A DNA stretch of 64,000 nt, taken from an uncultured Verrucomicrobiales bacterium (GTDB lineage Bacteria; Verrucomicrobiota; Verrucomicrobiia; Verrucomicrobiales; DEV007). The position numbers were made by a program, and so were the translations under genes. Under the pieces are notes generated by a model. The model was given only the letters and a program-made list of their open reading frames with translations. It was not told the DNA's origin and made no database searches. Shown in pieces: positions 36,248 through 46,116 of this stretch; within the stretch, counting starts at the first letter, position 1, and each line of letters begins with the position of its first letter. Location: NCBI GenBank assembly GCA_937897075.1, contig CALCPI010000268.1:2521-66520 (forward strand). Reading direction: 5' to 3'.

Positions 36248-37660
36248 ATGAATCATACCCTCTCACGTCGTCAGGCACTCAAATCGACAGCCTCTGGATT
36301 CTCCTGGCTTGCCTTCGCCGCCCTGGCCCAAAAGGAAGCTCAGGCGGCAAAGGGGCTCGCCCAAAAGCAACCGCACTTTGCTCCGCGAGCCAAGCGCGTC
36401 ATCATGTTGACTATGCCGGGAGGGCCATCTCACCTCGATACCTTTGACTACAAGCCGGAGCTGATTAAGAACGATGGAAAGGCAGGCAAGTCTGGAAAGT
36501 TCGCAGGGGCAAAGCTGATGGGCCCCGCCTTCAATTTCTCTCAACATGGACAAAGCGGACTCTGGATATCTGAGTTGTTTCCACATCTTGCCTCCATGGC
36601 CGATGATCTGTGCCTGCTACGCTCGATGCACACGGACGTTCCGGACCACACGCGGGCACAGTTGCAGATGCATACCGGAAAATTCCAGTTTCCGCGACCG
36701 TCGCTGGGGGTATGGTCTCTGTATGGGTTGGGATCCGTCAGCCAGAATCTTCCCGGCTATGTCTGGATTGATCCCGGCAAAGGAAACAATCAGATCCTGG
36801 GCAACAGCTTTCTTCCTCCGGAATACCGCGGCACTGGAATCAATGTTGCCAAGGGTGCTTCAGGAGGAAGAAGTAAAGGAAAGGGAAAAGGAAGAGGCGC
36901 ATCCTCGTCTTCAGGCGGGGTGGCGAACATTGCGAATCCGCAACTCAGCCGCGAGCGCCAGCGAATGCAGCTCGACTTTGTCCAATCCCTGAACCGCGAG
37001 AAACTGGCGCGTGAAGTTCATCAACCGGGCGTCGATGGCGTGATCGAATCCTTTGAACTGGCATTCCGCATGCAGGACACGGTGCCCGAAGTTATAGACA
37101 TCGGTAGTGAATCTCAGGAGACCTTGGATCTCTACGGCATCGGCCAAAGTGCGACGGATGATTTCGGGCGAAAATGCCTGATGGCCCGACGATTCGCTGA
37201 TGAGGGAGTTCGGTTCATCGAACTGAGTCACGGCCCCGGTTGGGACACGCATGGTGACCTCCGGGCAAAGCTGACGGAGAATTGCGGTGCGACGGACAAA
37301 CCCATCGCAGGTTTACTCAAGGACCTGAAACGCCGCGACATGTTGAAAGACACTCTCGTGATCTGGGCCGGGGAATTTGGGCGGACTCCACACGCTCAAG
37401 GCGGCGACGGCCGCGATCACAATGCCAAAGGCTACACTACATGGATGGCTGGCGGTGGAGTGAAAGGCGGCTTCAGTTATGGCGCAACGGACGAACTTGG
37501 CTACGAAGCCGTGGAGAACAAAATGCACATCCACGATTGGCACGCGACGATTCTTCATCTCTTAGGTCTGAATCATGAGGAACTGACTTATCGATATGCC
37601 GGGCGGGATTTTCGTCTCACAGATGTGCATGGGCATGTCGCGAAAGAGATTCTGGCCTGA
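36248..37660 (+). CDS. DUF1501 domain protein (Tat-type signal)
   Basis: SRRQAL, KRVI.L.M.GGPSH.DTFDYKP, GWDTHG, EFGRTP, GRDHN and D.HATILHLLG......RLTDV.G. Confidence 0.93.
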   Translation: MNHTLSRRQALKSTASGFSWLAFAALAQKEAQAAKGLAQKQPHFAPRAKRVIMLTMPGGPSHLDTFDYKPELIKNDGKAGKSGKFAGAKLMGPAFNFSQHGQSGLWISELFPHLASMADDLCLLRSMHTDVPDHTRAQLQMHTGKFQFPRPSLGVWSLYGLGSVSQNLPGYVWIDPGKGNNQILGNSFLPPEYRGTGINVAKGASGGRSKGKGKGRGASSSSGGVANIANPQLSRERQRMQLDFVQSLNREKLAREVHQPGVDGVIESFELAFRMQDTVPEVIDIGSESQETLDLYGIGQSATDDFGRKCLMARRFADEGVRFIELSHGPGWDTHGDLRAKLTENCGATDKPIAGLLKDLKRRDMLKDTLVIWAGEFGRTPHAQGGDGRDHNAKGYTTWMAGGGVKGGFSYGATDELGYEAVENKMHIHDWHATILHLLGLNHEELTYRYAGRDFRLTDVHGHVAKEILA

Positions 37661-37799
37661 GGAAGGTCGTCAGTTGGTTTTCAGGACTCATTTTGACATT
37701 TAGTATCGGCCGTCAATCTGTCTCTACTTGTCGTGGATGAAGGGAATATTTTTTGATAGTTTCTTCTCGTTCAGCGAGATCGTTGACCGTCCTGTGATC

Positions 37800-40454
37800 A
37801 TGTATAGAATTCCCTTTCTGACAGAATGCCTTGTCTGGTCGGCTGCCGCCAGCCTGGCGGTTGCCGCTCCGGAGCGCATCGAAATTACAAAGGATAATTC
37901 GATCATCCTGGTAAAAAGCGAAGAGCACCTTAATCACGGACCGAAGCCGCGCATCCGGATCAAAGGCAACCAGCACATCGTCGCGATTGGCATCGACCCA
38001 CAAGCGCTTCACGGCAGGAAGGTGGTTCGAGCGACACTCGTTTGCCGAAAGGGAGATGAAAGGATCGAGGGATTGACGATTTCAACGATTCAGTCGCCCT
38101 GGGATGAGGCCGAGTCGAATGCACTCACATCCGGAAACCGAGAGGCGCAGGACTGGGGGTGGCCCGGAGCGCGCTTTCCCGCGGTCAGCGGTGGGAACAG
38201 TCACTCACTCGTCTGTCAGTCCCCCGGCGAAGTGATCGATGGCTGGTATCATTGGGAAGTGGCGCCGGATCTACTGCATGCCATCGGCACAGGCATGGCT
38301 CACGGTCTGGCACTTCATGAATGGAGTGCGGACTACGGTCGCAATCCGACAATCTACGCGCGCGAAGACAAAAAGAACGCTCCCTATCTGCTTGTTGAAT
38401 TTGGGGGTGAGGAATCCGAGCCAATCCCCCCTCTTGATCTGGAGATCATTGACATGGGCGTCCGCGATGGCTTGCGACTTTCGCTGACAGGACCCGCTGA
38501 AGGTTTTGGCTATCGAGTTCGTGTCAATGGATCCGAACTCCCGCGATGGAATATACCTTTTGTAAACAAGGGAGAGCCCCAGCGAATCGCCTTGCGTGAT
38601 ATCGAACTCGCACCGGGACCTTTGAAGGTGGAGGTGCGAACGGTAGATCGGCTGGGTCGGGAAAGCTTGCCTGTGGAAGTGACAGGAACCGTGCCCGCTC
38701 CGCGCAGCATCCCTCTTCCAGTGATTGAACGAGATGACACAGGGATTCGACCACCGAGTGGGATTGCAGTTCGGCCAACGCTCGATCGGGTCACGCAGTC
38801 GGGAACTGGCGTTGGTGACTTTGATCCTGCCCCTGACTTGCCAAATTCGGTCTGGAATGGAAAAACGATCGAGCTGTCTGCAGCACGGGGAGAAGTGGTG
38901 GGATTTCAGGTCGGGATACGCGGCAGCGGGAATCAGACAGTTCAGTGTCGATTGGGTGCGTTCCGGACGGATCTGTTTCGCGGGGTGAATGTCCAGGCAG
39001 GCAATCAGCAACTGCCGGATCCCCTCCTGCCGGTGGAAGCCGATTTGGAATTGCATCCTGATCGGGAAACTGCGGTCTGGGTGGACGTCTATGTCCCCTT
39101 CGATGCGGCCCCCGGAGAAGTGAGCGGAGTCTTCGAGATCGGGAATGGTCGGAGCATTCCTATTCATCTGAAAGTTCGTCCCTTCGCATTGCCACGTCGC
39201 GCGTCATTCCTATGCGAAATGAATACTTACGGGGTTCCGGACAAGGTTGCTGAGTACTATCGCCTTCAGCAGGTCGCCTACGATCATCGCGTCCATGTGA
39301 ACGTGATGCACTACAGCCACAGCTCGGCCCAACCCGGGTCCCGGAAGTGCAACATGGATATGGTGATGGCCAACGGTCGTCGGATGAACGAAAAGGCTTA
39401 CAACGGCATTGAGCCCGGTGCGACCACGACCTTTTGGGATGATTTTGTCGATGTGTTCGGTCCTCACTTGAGCGGATCGTATTACGCGGACGGTCATCGC
39501 GGGGCAATCCCGGCGCCGGGATTTTACCTGACCTTTCACGAGAGTTGGCCGCTGAACATGCGCGGATTCTGGAATGGTGACATGGATGCCTATGAAGGAT
39601 TTCGTGATCAGCCCGAATACGAATCGACCTATGAAGCGCTGGTCCGGGATTTCGTCCGGATCGCCGGAAACGAAGGATGGAACCAAACCGGGTTCCAGAT
39701 TTATTTCAACAATAAGCCCGGAAAGAACGATCCAGCAAAGAGCCCCTGGACCCTCGATGAGCCGAGTTCTTACTGGGACTATCGAGCCCTTAATTATTAC
39801 CGGGATCTTACTGAGCGGGGTCGAGGGGCCAAGCCCTCTATCCCTTTGAAATACCGCATCGATATTTCGCGCCCGCAGTATAGCCGGGGAGAAATGAAAG
39901 GGCACCATGATCTCTGGGTGGTTTCGCACAATGCCTTTCGCGAAAACCGCCGAATCGTAACTGATCGTGCCGAACGAACAGGAGAAGAACTCTGGTTGTA
40001 CGGTTCCACTAGCAAACCTGAAAACAGCGCCCGGGAAACTCAGGCATGGGCACTGCAGGCCTATCGTGACGGGGCGGGCGGCGTAGTCCCTTGGCAAACA
40101 GTCAACAAGTCGGGTGAGGCGCTGAAAACGGCCGACCAGCTTGGCCTTTTCATTTTTGATCATGAAGCCGGGGACGCTGATGGTGCCCTCATTCGGCATT
40201 CCGTTCGCCTCAAGGCTTATCGACGGGCGGAACAGGATATCGAGTATTTGGAACTACTCCGTAAAGCCTACGAGCTGACCCAAGCCGAACTGCAAGCCTT
40301 CATGGATCACTACCTTGTCCTCGATGAGCGGGTGGAGAAAAGTAGTGAACGAGATGCCGGCACGACTCGATACGGCCATCTCGATCCGCAGGCATTCTTC
40401 TCACTCCGGGAAGCCGCCGCTACTTTGATCGAAAAGAGTATTGCGAAGCCCTGA
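37800..40454 (+). CDS. Secreted multi-domain DUF4091 / GH123-like glycoside hydrolase
   Basis: Signal peptide from ATG 37800, AARGEVVGFQV, a putative catalytic LDEP motif and C-terminal SVRLKAYRRAEQDIEY (DUF4091). Confidence 0.7.
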   Translation: MYRIPFLTECLVWSAAASLAVAAPERIEITKDNSIILVKSEEHLNHGPKPRIRIKGNQHIVAIGIDPQALHGRKVVRATLVCRKGDERIEGLTISTIQSPWDEAESNALTSGNREAQDWGWPGARFPAVSGGNSHSLVCQSPGEVIDGWYHWEVAPDLLHAIGTGMAHGLALHEWSADYGRNPTIYAREDKKNAPYLLVEFGGEESEPIPPLDLEIIDMGVRDGLRLSLTGPAEGFGYRVRVNGSELPRWNIPFVNKGEPQRIALRDIELAPGPLKVEVRTVDRLGRESLPVEVTGTVPAPRSIPLPVIERDDTGIRPPSGIAVRPTLDRVTQSGTGVGDFDPAPDLPNSVWNGKTIELSAARGEVVGFQVGIRGSGNQTVQCRLGAFRTDLFRGVNVQAGNQQLPDPLLPVEADLELHPDRETAVWVDVYVPFDAAPGEVSGVFEIGNGRSIPIHLKVRPFALPRRASFLCEMNTYGVPDKVAEYYRLQQVAYDHRVHVNVMHYSHSSAQPGSRKCNMDMVMANGRRMNEKAYNGIEPGATTTFWDDFVDVFGPHLSGSYYADGHRGAIPAPGFYLTFHESWPLNMRGFWNGDMDAYEGFRDQPEYESTYEALVRDFVRIAGNEGWNQTGFQIYFNNKPGKNDPAKSPWTLDEPSSYWDYRALNYYRDLTERGRGAKPSIPLKYRIDISRPQYSRGEMKGHHDLWVVSHNAFRENRRIVTDRAERTGEELWLYGSTSKPENSARETQAWALQAYRDGAGGVVPWQTVNKSGEALKTADQLGLFIFDHEAGDADGALIRHSVRLKAYRRAEQDIEYLELLRKAYELTQAELQAFMDHYLVLDERVEKSSERDAGTTRYGHLDPQAFFSLREAAATLIEKSIAKP

Positions 40455-40509
40455 ACTTCTCACCTCTGATGAAGCCCTTCGATGTGCTGATGTCAGAAGC
40501 ACCTGCCCT

Positions 40510-41463
40510 CTACTCTTTCCTACCGGCCCGCTCGAAAAGATCCCGCGCACAGACGAAATCCTGAACAGCACTGCCCACGGATTTGAATACCGTCACCTCG
40601 TCTGAGCTGCGGGGAACATCGACTTTCACGTCCACAAGATCACCCAACTCGCCGGCGATGTGATCCTCCGTGATCAGCCCCGAACTCAAGGGTTGGATGA
40701 TATCGCCAGCCTCTTCCAGAGCAGCCTCAAGTTCATCGACGATCAGGCGGCACCCGCCAATTAGCTCAGCTGAAATTTCGCACATCTCCGGTCGATAAGC
40801 GCCGATCGCGTTGATGTGGGCACCGGGCTTCACGTCTCCAATTTGGAACAATGCTTCCGTGGAATTCGTTGCCGTGCAGATGACATCGGCGCGGCGAAGA
40901 TCTTCCAGGGTGACATCACCCCGAACAAGTTGCCCAACCGAGCCGGATATCCTTTTTGCAAATTCCTCGCTCGCGGAGGGGCTTCGACCGAACACTAAGA
41001 CCTCCTCAATCGGGCGGACACAGCAGACTGCTTCGATCTGGGATTCTGCCTGAACGCCAGTGCCGAACACCGCAAGGATCGATGCGTTTTTATCAGCGAG
41101 AAGCTCGGTGGCCAAACCACTGGCGGCACCAGTTCGCAGCTTGGTCAGCAGCGCCCCATCCATTGTCGCTAGAAGCAATCCGGTTTCCGCGGAATAGAGA
41201 TGATACTGAGAATTAATGACGGGCAGCCCCCGACTCCTGTTACCCGGGAAGACATTGGCTGTCTTGATCCCGAAGTAGTCACCTCCGGGAATGTAACAAG
41301 GCATGAGCAAGCTGTTGGCATTCTCCTTTTCGATTGGCAGATTGAGACGAACCGGACTGACCGCTTCCCCACTTGAGATGAGCCTGAATGCATCTCGCAT
41401 CAGGTCGACCGCCCGGCGCATGGGCAACAGTTCCGTGATTTCTTGTGCGTCGAGATGAATCAT
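40510..41463 (-). CDS. Ornithine cyclodeaminase / mu-crystallin family protein
   Basis: MPCY....FGIK..NVFPGN, LTKLRTGAASG, GTGVQA, GAHINAIGA and FKSVG.AVQD. Confidence 0.92.
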   Translation of the reverse strand: MIHLDAQEITELLPMRRAVDLMRDAFRLISSGEAVSPVRLNLPIEKENANSLLMPCYIPGGDYFGIKTANVFPGNRSRGLPVINSQYHLYSAETGLLLATMDGALLTKLRTGAASGLATELLADKNASILAVFGTGVQAESQIEAVCCVRPIEEVLVFGRSPSASEEFAKRISGSVGQLVRGDVTLEDLRRADVICTATNSTEALFQIGDVKPGAHINAIGAYRPEMCEISAELIGGCRLIVDELEAALEEAGDIIQPLSSGLITEDHIAGELGDLVDVKVDVPRSSDEVTVFKSVGSAVQDFVCARDLFERAGRKE

Positions 41464-41484
41464 TGCCGGTAGTAAAATGGAAAA

Positions 41485-42801
41485 CTAATCCTCATGCAAC
41501 ATCTCCAGAAGGCGCGCAACGATACGGGCACCATCGGCACGAATCCCATCGTGCTCCCATTCGTTGGTGACCCAGAGATTGAATTTGGGAATATGCCGTG
41601 CCGTTTCAACGGACAGCGCAATCGGAACATACATATCCCCATAGTAGGAAATCGCGGCGACGGGAACTTCGTTCTTTGCCAAACGATCGAGATCATAGAG
41701 CGGACCCCAGTCTGACTTCTCCGCCAGAATCCCGGCGCATTCTTTGAGTGGTGTGAGCTCTGCATATTCATCGAACATTGATGGAGCTATCATTTCGCCC
41801 GTAAAAACGAATCGATCATTCCCTTCGATCTCGATCTGAGGAAACTCCTCGCGCAGTCTTTCCGCAGCCCACTGAGTGGCATAGCCTTCCGCATAGATGG
41901 CCTCATGGAGAAGGCAGAAAATTGGATTCGTCTCATAGCTCGTTTGATTCTCCACCATCTTGAGGAAATCGAAGCTAAGTTCGGGCCCATTGCTTCCATC
42001 GATGAAGGCGGCTTCGAGCAAGTAGTGCAGGGTTTCCCGTCCATCACTCATGCCGAGAGGTAATCCCAGTTGCTGAAAACGACGGGGAGTCAGCCGTGCA
42101 CCTCCGGGTAGGAATATCTCGTTCCCGGCGAGGTGGGTGACAATGCGCTTCGCGAGTTCCTCGTCTTCGGGGTAGCGACGATAGTATCCTTCATTCTTTT
42201 CGATTACGCTCTGGTAGGTCAGGCGATAGATATCATCGATCCTACTTTTTATACCGGCGACTCCTCCGGTGATGAGGACACCGGAAAGGCTTTCCGGATG
42301 CAGGGAAAGATAGGTGAGCAGACAAAATCCGCCGAAGGACTGGCCTAAGCCCTTCCATTGAGTATCCGGTCCCAGAAGCACTTCGCGAATCGCCTCCGCG
42401 TCGCGCACGATGTTGTCAGCTCGAAAGTGAACGAGGTAATCAGCCTGCTCATCGGCGGTGGAAAACCCGGCTAGTGACTGCTGAAGAATTCGGGTGCTCA
42501 GTCCTGTTCCCCGATCATCGAGCAGAAGCAAACGATGGGATGTAAGCACTTCCCCAATCCAGCCCGAATTCAGGTTAGGGCGTGGAGACCCGAATCCCGG
42601 CCCTCCCTGGAAAAAGATCATCCAGGGGAGATCCTTGTCATCGTCCTTTTCCCTGAGACAAACTTCCCGCGCAAAAACTTCGATCGTTTCCCCTTGCGGC
42701 CGGCTGTAGTCCAGAGGGAGTTGAAAACGATGATCCCGCAGGATCATCCCATTGAGTTTCCGGGGGACAGTTGCGGTGTGGGTTGAAGTGTTAGAGGCCA
42801 T
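41485..42801 (-). CDS. pip: Proline iminopeptidase (Aeromonas-type alpha/beta hydrolase)
   Basis: FQGGPGFGSPRP, DRGTGLS, FRADNIVRDAE, GQSFGG nucleophile, YYGDMYV and EHDG. Probable start ATG 42801 (ORF track 42885). Confidence 0.88.
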   Translation of the reverse strand: MASNTSTHTATVPRKLNGMILRDHRFQLPLDYSRPQGETIEVFAREVCLREKDDDKDLPWMIFFQGGPGFGSPRPNLNSGWIGEVLTSHRLLLLDDRGTGLSTRILQQSLAGFSTADEQADYLVHFRADNIVRDAEAIREVLLGPDTQWKGLGQSFGGFCLLTYLSLHPESLSGVLITGGVAGIKSRIDDIYRLTYQSVIEKNEGYYRRYPEDEELAKRIVTHLAGNEIFLPGGARLTPRRFQQLGLPLGMSDGRETLHYLLEAAFIDGSNGPELSFDFLKMVENQTSYETNPIFCLLHEAIYAEGYATQWAAERLREEFPQIEIEGNDRFVFTGEMIAPSMFDEYAELTPLKECAGILAEKSDWGPLYDLDRLAKNEVPVAAISYYGDMYVPIALSVETARHIPKFNLWVTNEWEHDGIRADGARIVARLLEMLHED

Positions 42802-42984
42802 GCAATCGAAGAGATTTAAAAGCATCACACTCGATCTGAAACCGGGGGATTGAAAACTCCATTTTAAAGGATTTTCACCGGGCACCGATCCTGCCGGAGT
42901 TTGAGGGGGTGGCTTAATACCGCGGCTCCGCGCCTTGACTCCGAATCGCTTTCATGGCCAATTCTTCCCAATGTTAGTAAGCAA

Positions 42985-45900
42985 ATGAACCTGAACCTAA
43001 ATCAGAGGCGGAACAATTTCTGCACGGCGGTGTGGGCAAGCCTCGCGGTGCTTTGTTATTTGGCGGTGTCCCCTCTTCAGGCTGACTTTCAAAAAGGCTA
43101 CGACGAGATCAAACCGATTCTCAAAAAATACTGCCACGACTGCCATGGCGATGAGAAGCACAAAGGCGACCTCAATTTCGAAGCCTTCAAGGCTGAGAAG
43201 GATATTCTAGTTCACCTTCAAAAATGGTTCAGTGTTATTGATCAGGTCGAGACCGGCACCATGCCTCCGGAGGACAAGAAGCTCCGGCCTACTGAGGCTG
43301 AAGTAATCCAATTGGTCTCTTGGGTTCGAAAAACGATCGACGAATTCGATTATGATTCAGTCAAAGATCCCGGGAGATACACGCTGCGCAGACTGAACAA
43401 AGCCGAGTATAACAATACCATCAGGGACCTCACCGGAGTCGACCTTAAACCGGCCCGATATTTCTCCGGTGACGGCGGAGGCGGAGAAGGCTTTGATAAC
43501 AATGCTGAGGGGATGACGATGCTGCCTCTCATGGTCGAAAAGTATTTCAAAGCGGCCCGGGATATATCCCGCCATGCCAATGTGAGCTATGCCGATGGCA
43601 TCCGTTTCAGTCCGGACCTGTCGCCCACATACTCTCCCCGCTCCTACCTCGTACTCGCCGAGCGAAAGTTGACCGATTTTTACAACGATATTTTCGACAC
43701 GCTTCCCAAGTACAATCCAAGGAAGGAATTCAAACCCTACCTGATGCCGGCGATGAAGCTCGCTCTGGCAAAACCCGATGCCACCGATCGTGAAATTTAC
43801 GATATCGCCATGAGGGAGAAATTGATGCCCGGTGTTTTTCACAAATGGGCAAGGAGTTTCCTCGATGCCGAAGAGATCAGTAAAACCAGCCGGTGGGACA
43901 GCCATTATGGGAAATGGGTCATTGATCCCTGGCTGGAATTGCAGTCCAGAAGAGACAGCGTCACCGAAGAGGAACTCCAGCTGTTCCATGACGACTTTGC
44001 AGCGAAAACCCTTCTCTCCGCTCCGGCTACCGGCATGATGACCAAGCCGGGCATGGAGGTGAAAACGGAGATCAAAGAGAAAGCGGAAGTCTTGTATCTC
44101 AGTGTGGGAGATATGGATGATGGCCATGAGTTTGATCGCATCGTTTTACATAAACCCCGGGTGACACTGAAAGACGGTAAAGAGGTTTTCCTGGGAGACC
44201 TTGAGTTGATCGAAAAACAGGGTGAAGGCGCCATTCACAAAGAGAATTTTCCTGACGGAAAACCATTTGTCAGCACTGCCTCAGGCAAAGAGAAAATTGA
44301 GCGCGGTTTTTACATCGAAGCTCCCGCCCTGCTTTCGTTCAAGTTACCCCCCGGGGTGAAGGCTTTTAATGCGACCCTGGGGATTGAAAAATCCGCTGAT
44401 GGAAAGGGTTCTGTTCAGGTTTACGCCTCGGATGAATCGATTCCATTTCCGAAAGGTAAACATACCCACTCTTACTTTTTCAGCGGTCCCGGAAACACTT
44501 CCGTGGAAGCTGCCAAAAAATGGTGGGTCATCTACTCGGCCCTTGTCGGCTATGGGAAGAGCCCCGGCTCAAAAGAGATGGTCGATGTATCACTGGATGA
44601 ACAGGGCCGGGCGAGACTGGACTCGATCAAGCGGGAAGTTGAGTATGCAAAACGGGAGCCGATCGAGAATTTCTTCAAGTTCGTTAAGGCAAAGAAATTC
44701 GCTCACCTGATCAAAGCGAAAGAAGGAGAACTGCCGGCACTCTCTGATCTTCCGGAAAAAGATCGAGCGCCTCCTGAAACGCTTTCGGAGGCGGATCAGA
44801 AAAAATGGAATGAACTGCAAGGGCTTGCTGAAAACTTTCAGGAGGAAATGGATCAGGGTATCCGGGATTCCCTATTGGAATTTGCATCACGAGCCTTCCG
44901 GCGACCTCTCAAGGAAGAAGAGGCTGAGGTCATCACCAGCGTTTACGAAACGGCCATTGAAGAGGATGATAATTTCCAAAAAGCGGTTCAGCTGGTGATT
45001 CAGAGTTTGTTAACCCGCCCTCAGTTTTTGTTTCGTTTTGAGAATGAAGGCACGGAAAAGGGAGCTCAACCCGTTGATGGTTTCGCTCTGGCCAATCGCC
45101 TCTCCTATTTCCTGTGGAGTTCCATGCCGGATCAGACTCTTATCGATTTAGCAAAAGAGGGAAGATTGACTGACGAAAAAGTTCTGGAGCAGCAGGTTCG
45201 CCGAATGCTCAAGGATCCAAGGTCGCTATCGCTGGCTCAGGAATTCGCCAGTCAATGGCTTGGCTTTCGAAAGATCCTTAACGAGAAAGAGCCTGATTTA
45301 AAACTCTTCCCTACCTACACCAAGGAATTGAAAGAGAGCATGTATCAGGAATCGATGATGGCCTTTGATGAAATGATCAAGGAGGATGAAAGCGTCCTGG
45401 AGATTCTCGATTCAAAGTCCACCTTTCTCAATGAAGCTCTCGCCAAACACTATGGCATCCCCGGGGTGGAAGGTTCGGAGATGCGCAAAGTGGAATTGAA
45501 GGATGCTCAGCGCGGCGGATTCCTGACGATGGGCAGCCTGCTGGTGGCGACCTCTTTCCCTGAGCGAACCAGTCCCGTAGTTCGAGGCCAGTGGATTCTC
45601 GATGCCCTGATCGGAGGCAAAGTGCCGCCGGCGCCGGATGGTCTGGTCATCGATCAGGCAAAGATGGAAAATGAGGCCGTCAGTATTAAGGCGCGGCTCG
45701 CTGCGCATCGCGACAATCCCAATTGCTCCGTCTGTCACGACCGGATGGATCCTTTTGGATTTGCTCTGGAAAATTTTGATGCGGTAGGTCGCTTTCGGAA
45801 AACCGGGCCAAATGGTGCGCCCATGGATGCGACCGGAGACTTGAAGGGCGGCCCGCAATTGGAGGGAGCGGCAGGATTGAAACACTATCTCGTCACTGAA

Positions 45901-46116
45901 AAACGCGATGCCTTTTTACATCAGATGGCGCAAAAACAACTGGGCTTCGCCCTGGGGCGTAGTTTAGAATATTTCGACGAAAGCGTCATCCGGACAGCCG
46001 TTGCCGAACTCAAAGAAAATGACTATCGCTACTCTGCGATGGTGTTGGCGATTGTAAAAAGCTTCCCGTTTAGAAACAGAAGAGAGAAAGGATTTCAAAC
46101 CGATGCAATACAATAA
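42985..46116 (+). CDS. DUF1592/DUF1588-type PVC cytochrome c protein with an internal NPCBM-like insert
   Basis: Signal peptide from ATG 42985. CHDCH, RRLNKAEYNNTIRDL, LANRLSYFLWSSMPD, TSPVVRGQW, CSVCH and GFALENFD.VG.FR. Confidence 0.92.
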   Translation: MNLNLNQRRNNFCTAVWASLAVLCYLAVSPLQADFQKGYDEIKPILKKYCHDCHGDEKHKGDLNFEAFKAEKDILVHLQKWFSVIDQVETGTMPPEDKKLRPTEAEVIQLVSWVRKTIDEFDYDSVKDPGRYTLRRLNKAEYNNTIRDLTGVDLKPARYFSGDGGGGEGFDNNAEGMTMLPLMVEKYFKAARDISRHANVSYADGIRFSPDLSPTYSPRSYLVLAERKLTDFYNDIFDTLPKYNPRKEFKPYLMPAMKLALAKPDATDREIYDIAMREKLMPGVFHKWARSFLDAEEISKTSRWDSHYGKWVIDPWLELQSRRDSVTEEELQLFHDDFAAKTLLSAPATGMMTKPGMEVKTEIKEKAEVLYLSVGDMDDGHEFDRIVLHKPRVTLKDGKEVFLGDLELIEKQGEGAIHKENFPDGKPFVSTASGKEKIERGFYIEAPALLSFKLPPGVKAFNATLGIEKSADGKGSVQVYASDESIPFPKGKHTHSYFFSGPGNTSVEAAKKWWVIYSALVGYGKSPGSKEMVDVSLDEQGRARLDSIKREVEYAKREPIENFFKFVKAKKFAHLIKAKEGELPALSDLPEKDRAPPETLSEADQKKWNELQGLAENFQEEMDQGIRDSLLEFASRAFRRPLKEEEAEVITSVYETAIEEDDNFQKAVQLVIQSLLTRPQFLFRFENEGTEKGAQPVDGFALANRLSYFLWSSMPDQTLIDLAKEGRLTDEKVLEQQVRRMLKDPRSLSLAQEFASQWLGFRKILNEKEPDLKLFPTYTKELKESMYQESMMAFDEMIKEDESVLEILDSKSTFLNEALAKHYGIPGVEGSEMRKVELKDAQRGGFLTMGSLLVATSFPERTSPVVRGQWILDALIGGKVPPAPDGLVIDQAKMENEAVSIKARLAAHRDNPNCSVCHDRMDPFGFALENFDAVGRFRKTGPNGAPMDATGDLKGGPQLEGAAGLKHYLVTEKRDAFLHQMAQKQLGFALGRSLEYFDESVIRTAVAELKENDYRYSAMVLAIVKSFPFRNRREKGFQTDAIQ

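Noticed and set aside
38271-40199. Long antisense ORFs (298 and 329 aa); similar ones at 26785-27534, 43357-44127, 53584-54342, 55510-56301 and 61178-62101
   Set aside because: All lie fully opposite well-supported genes, show no recognisable motifs and are the expected shadow frames at this GC content.
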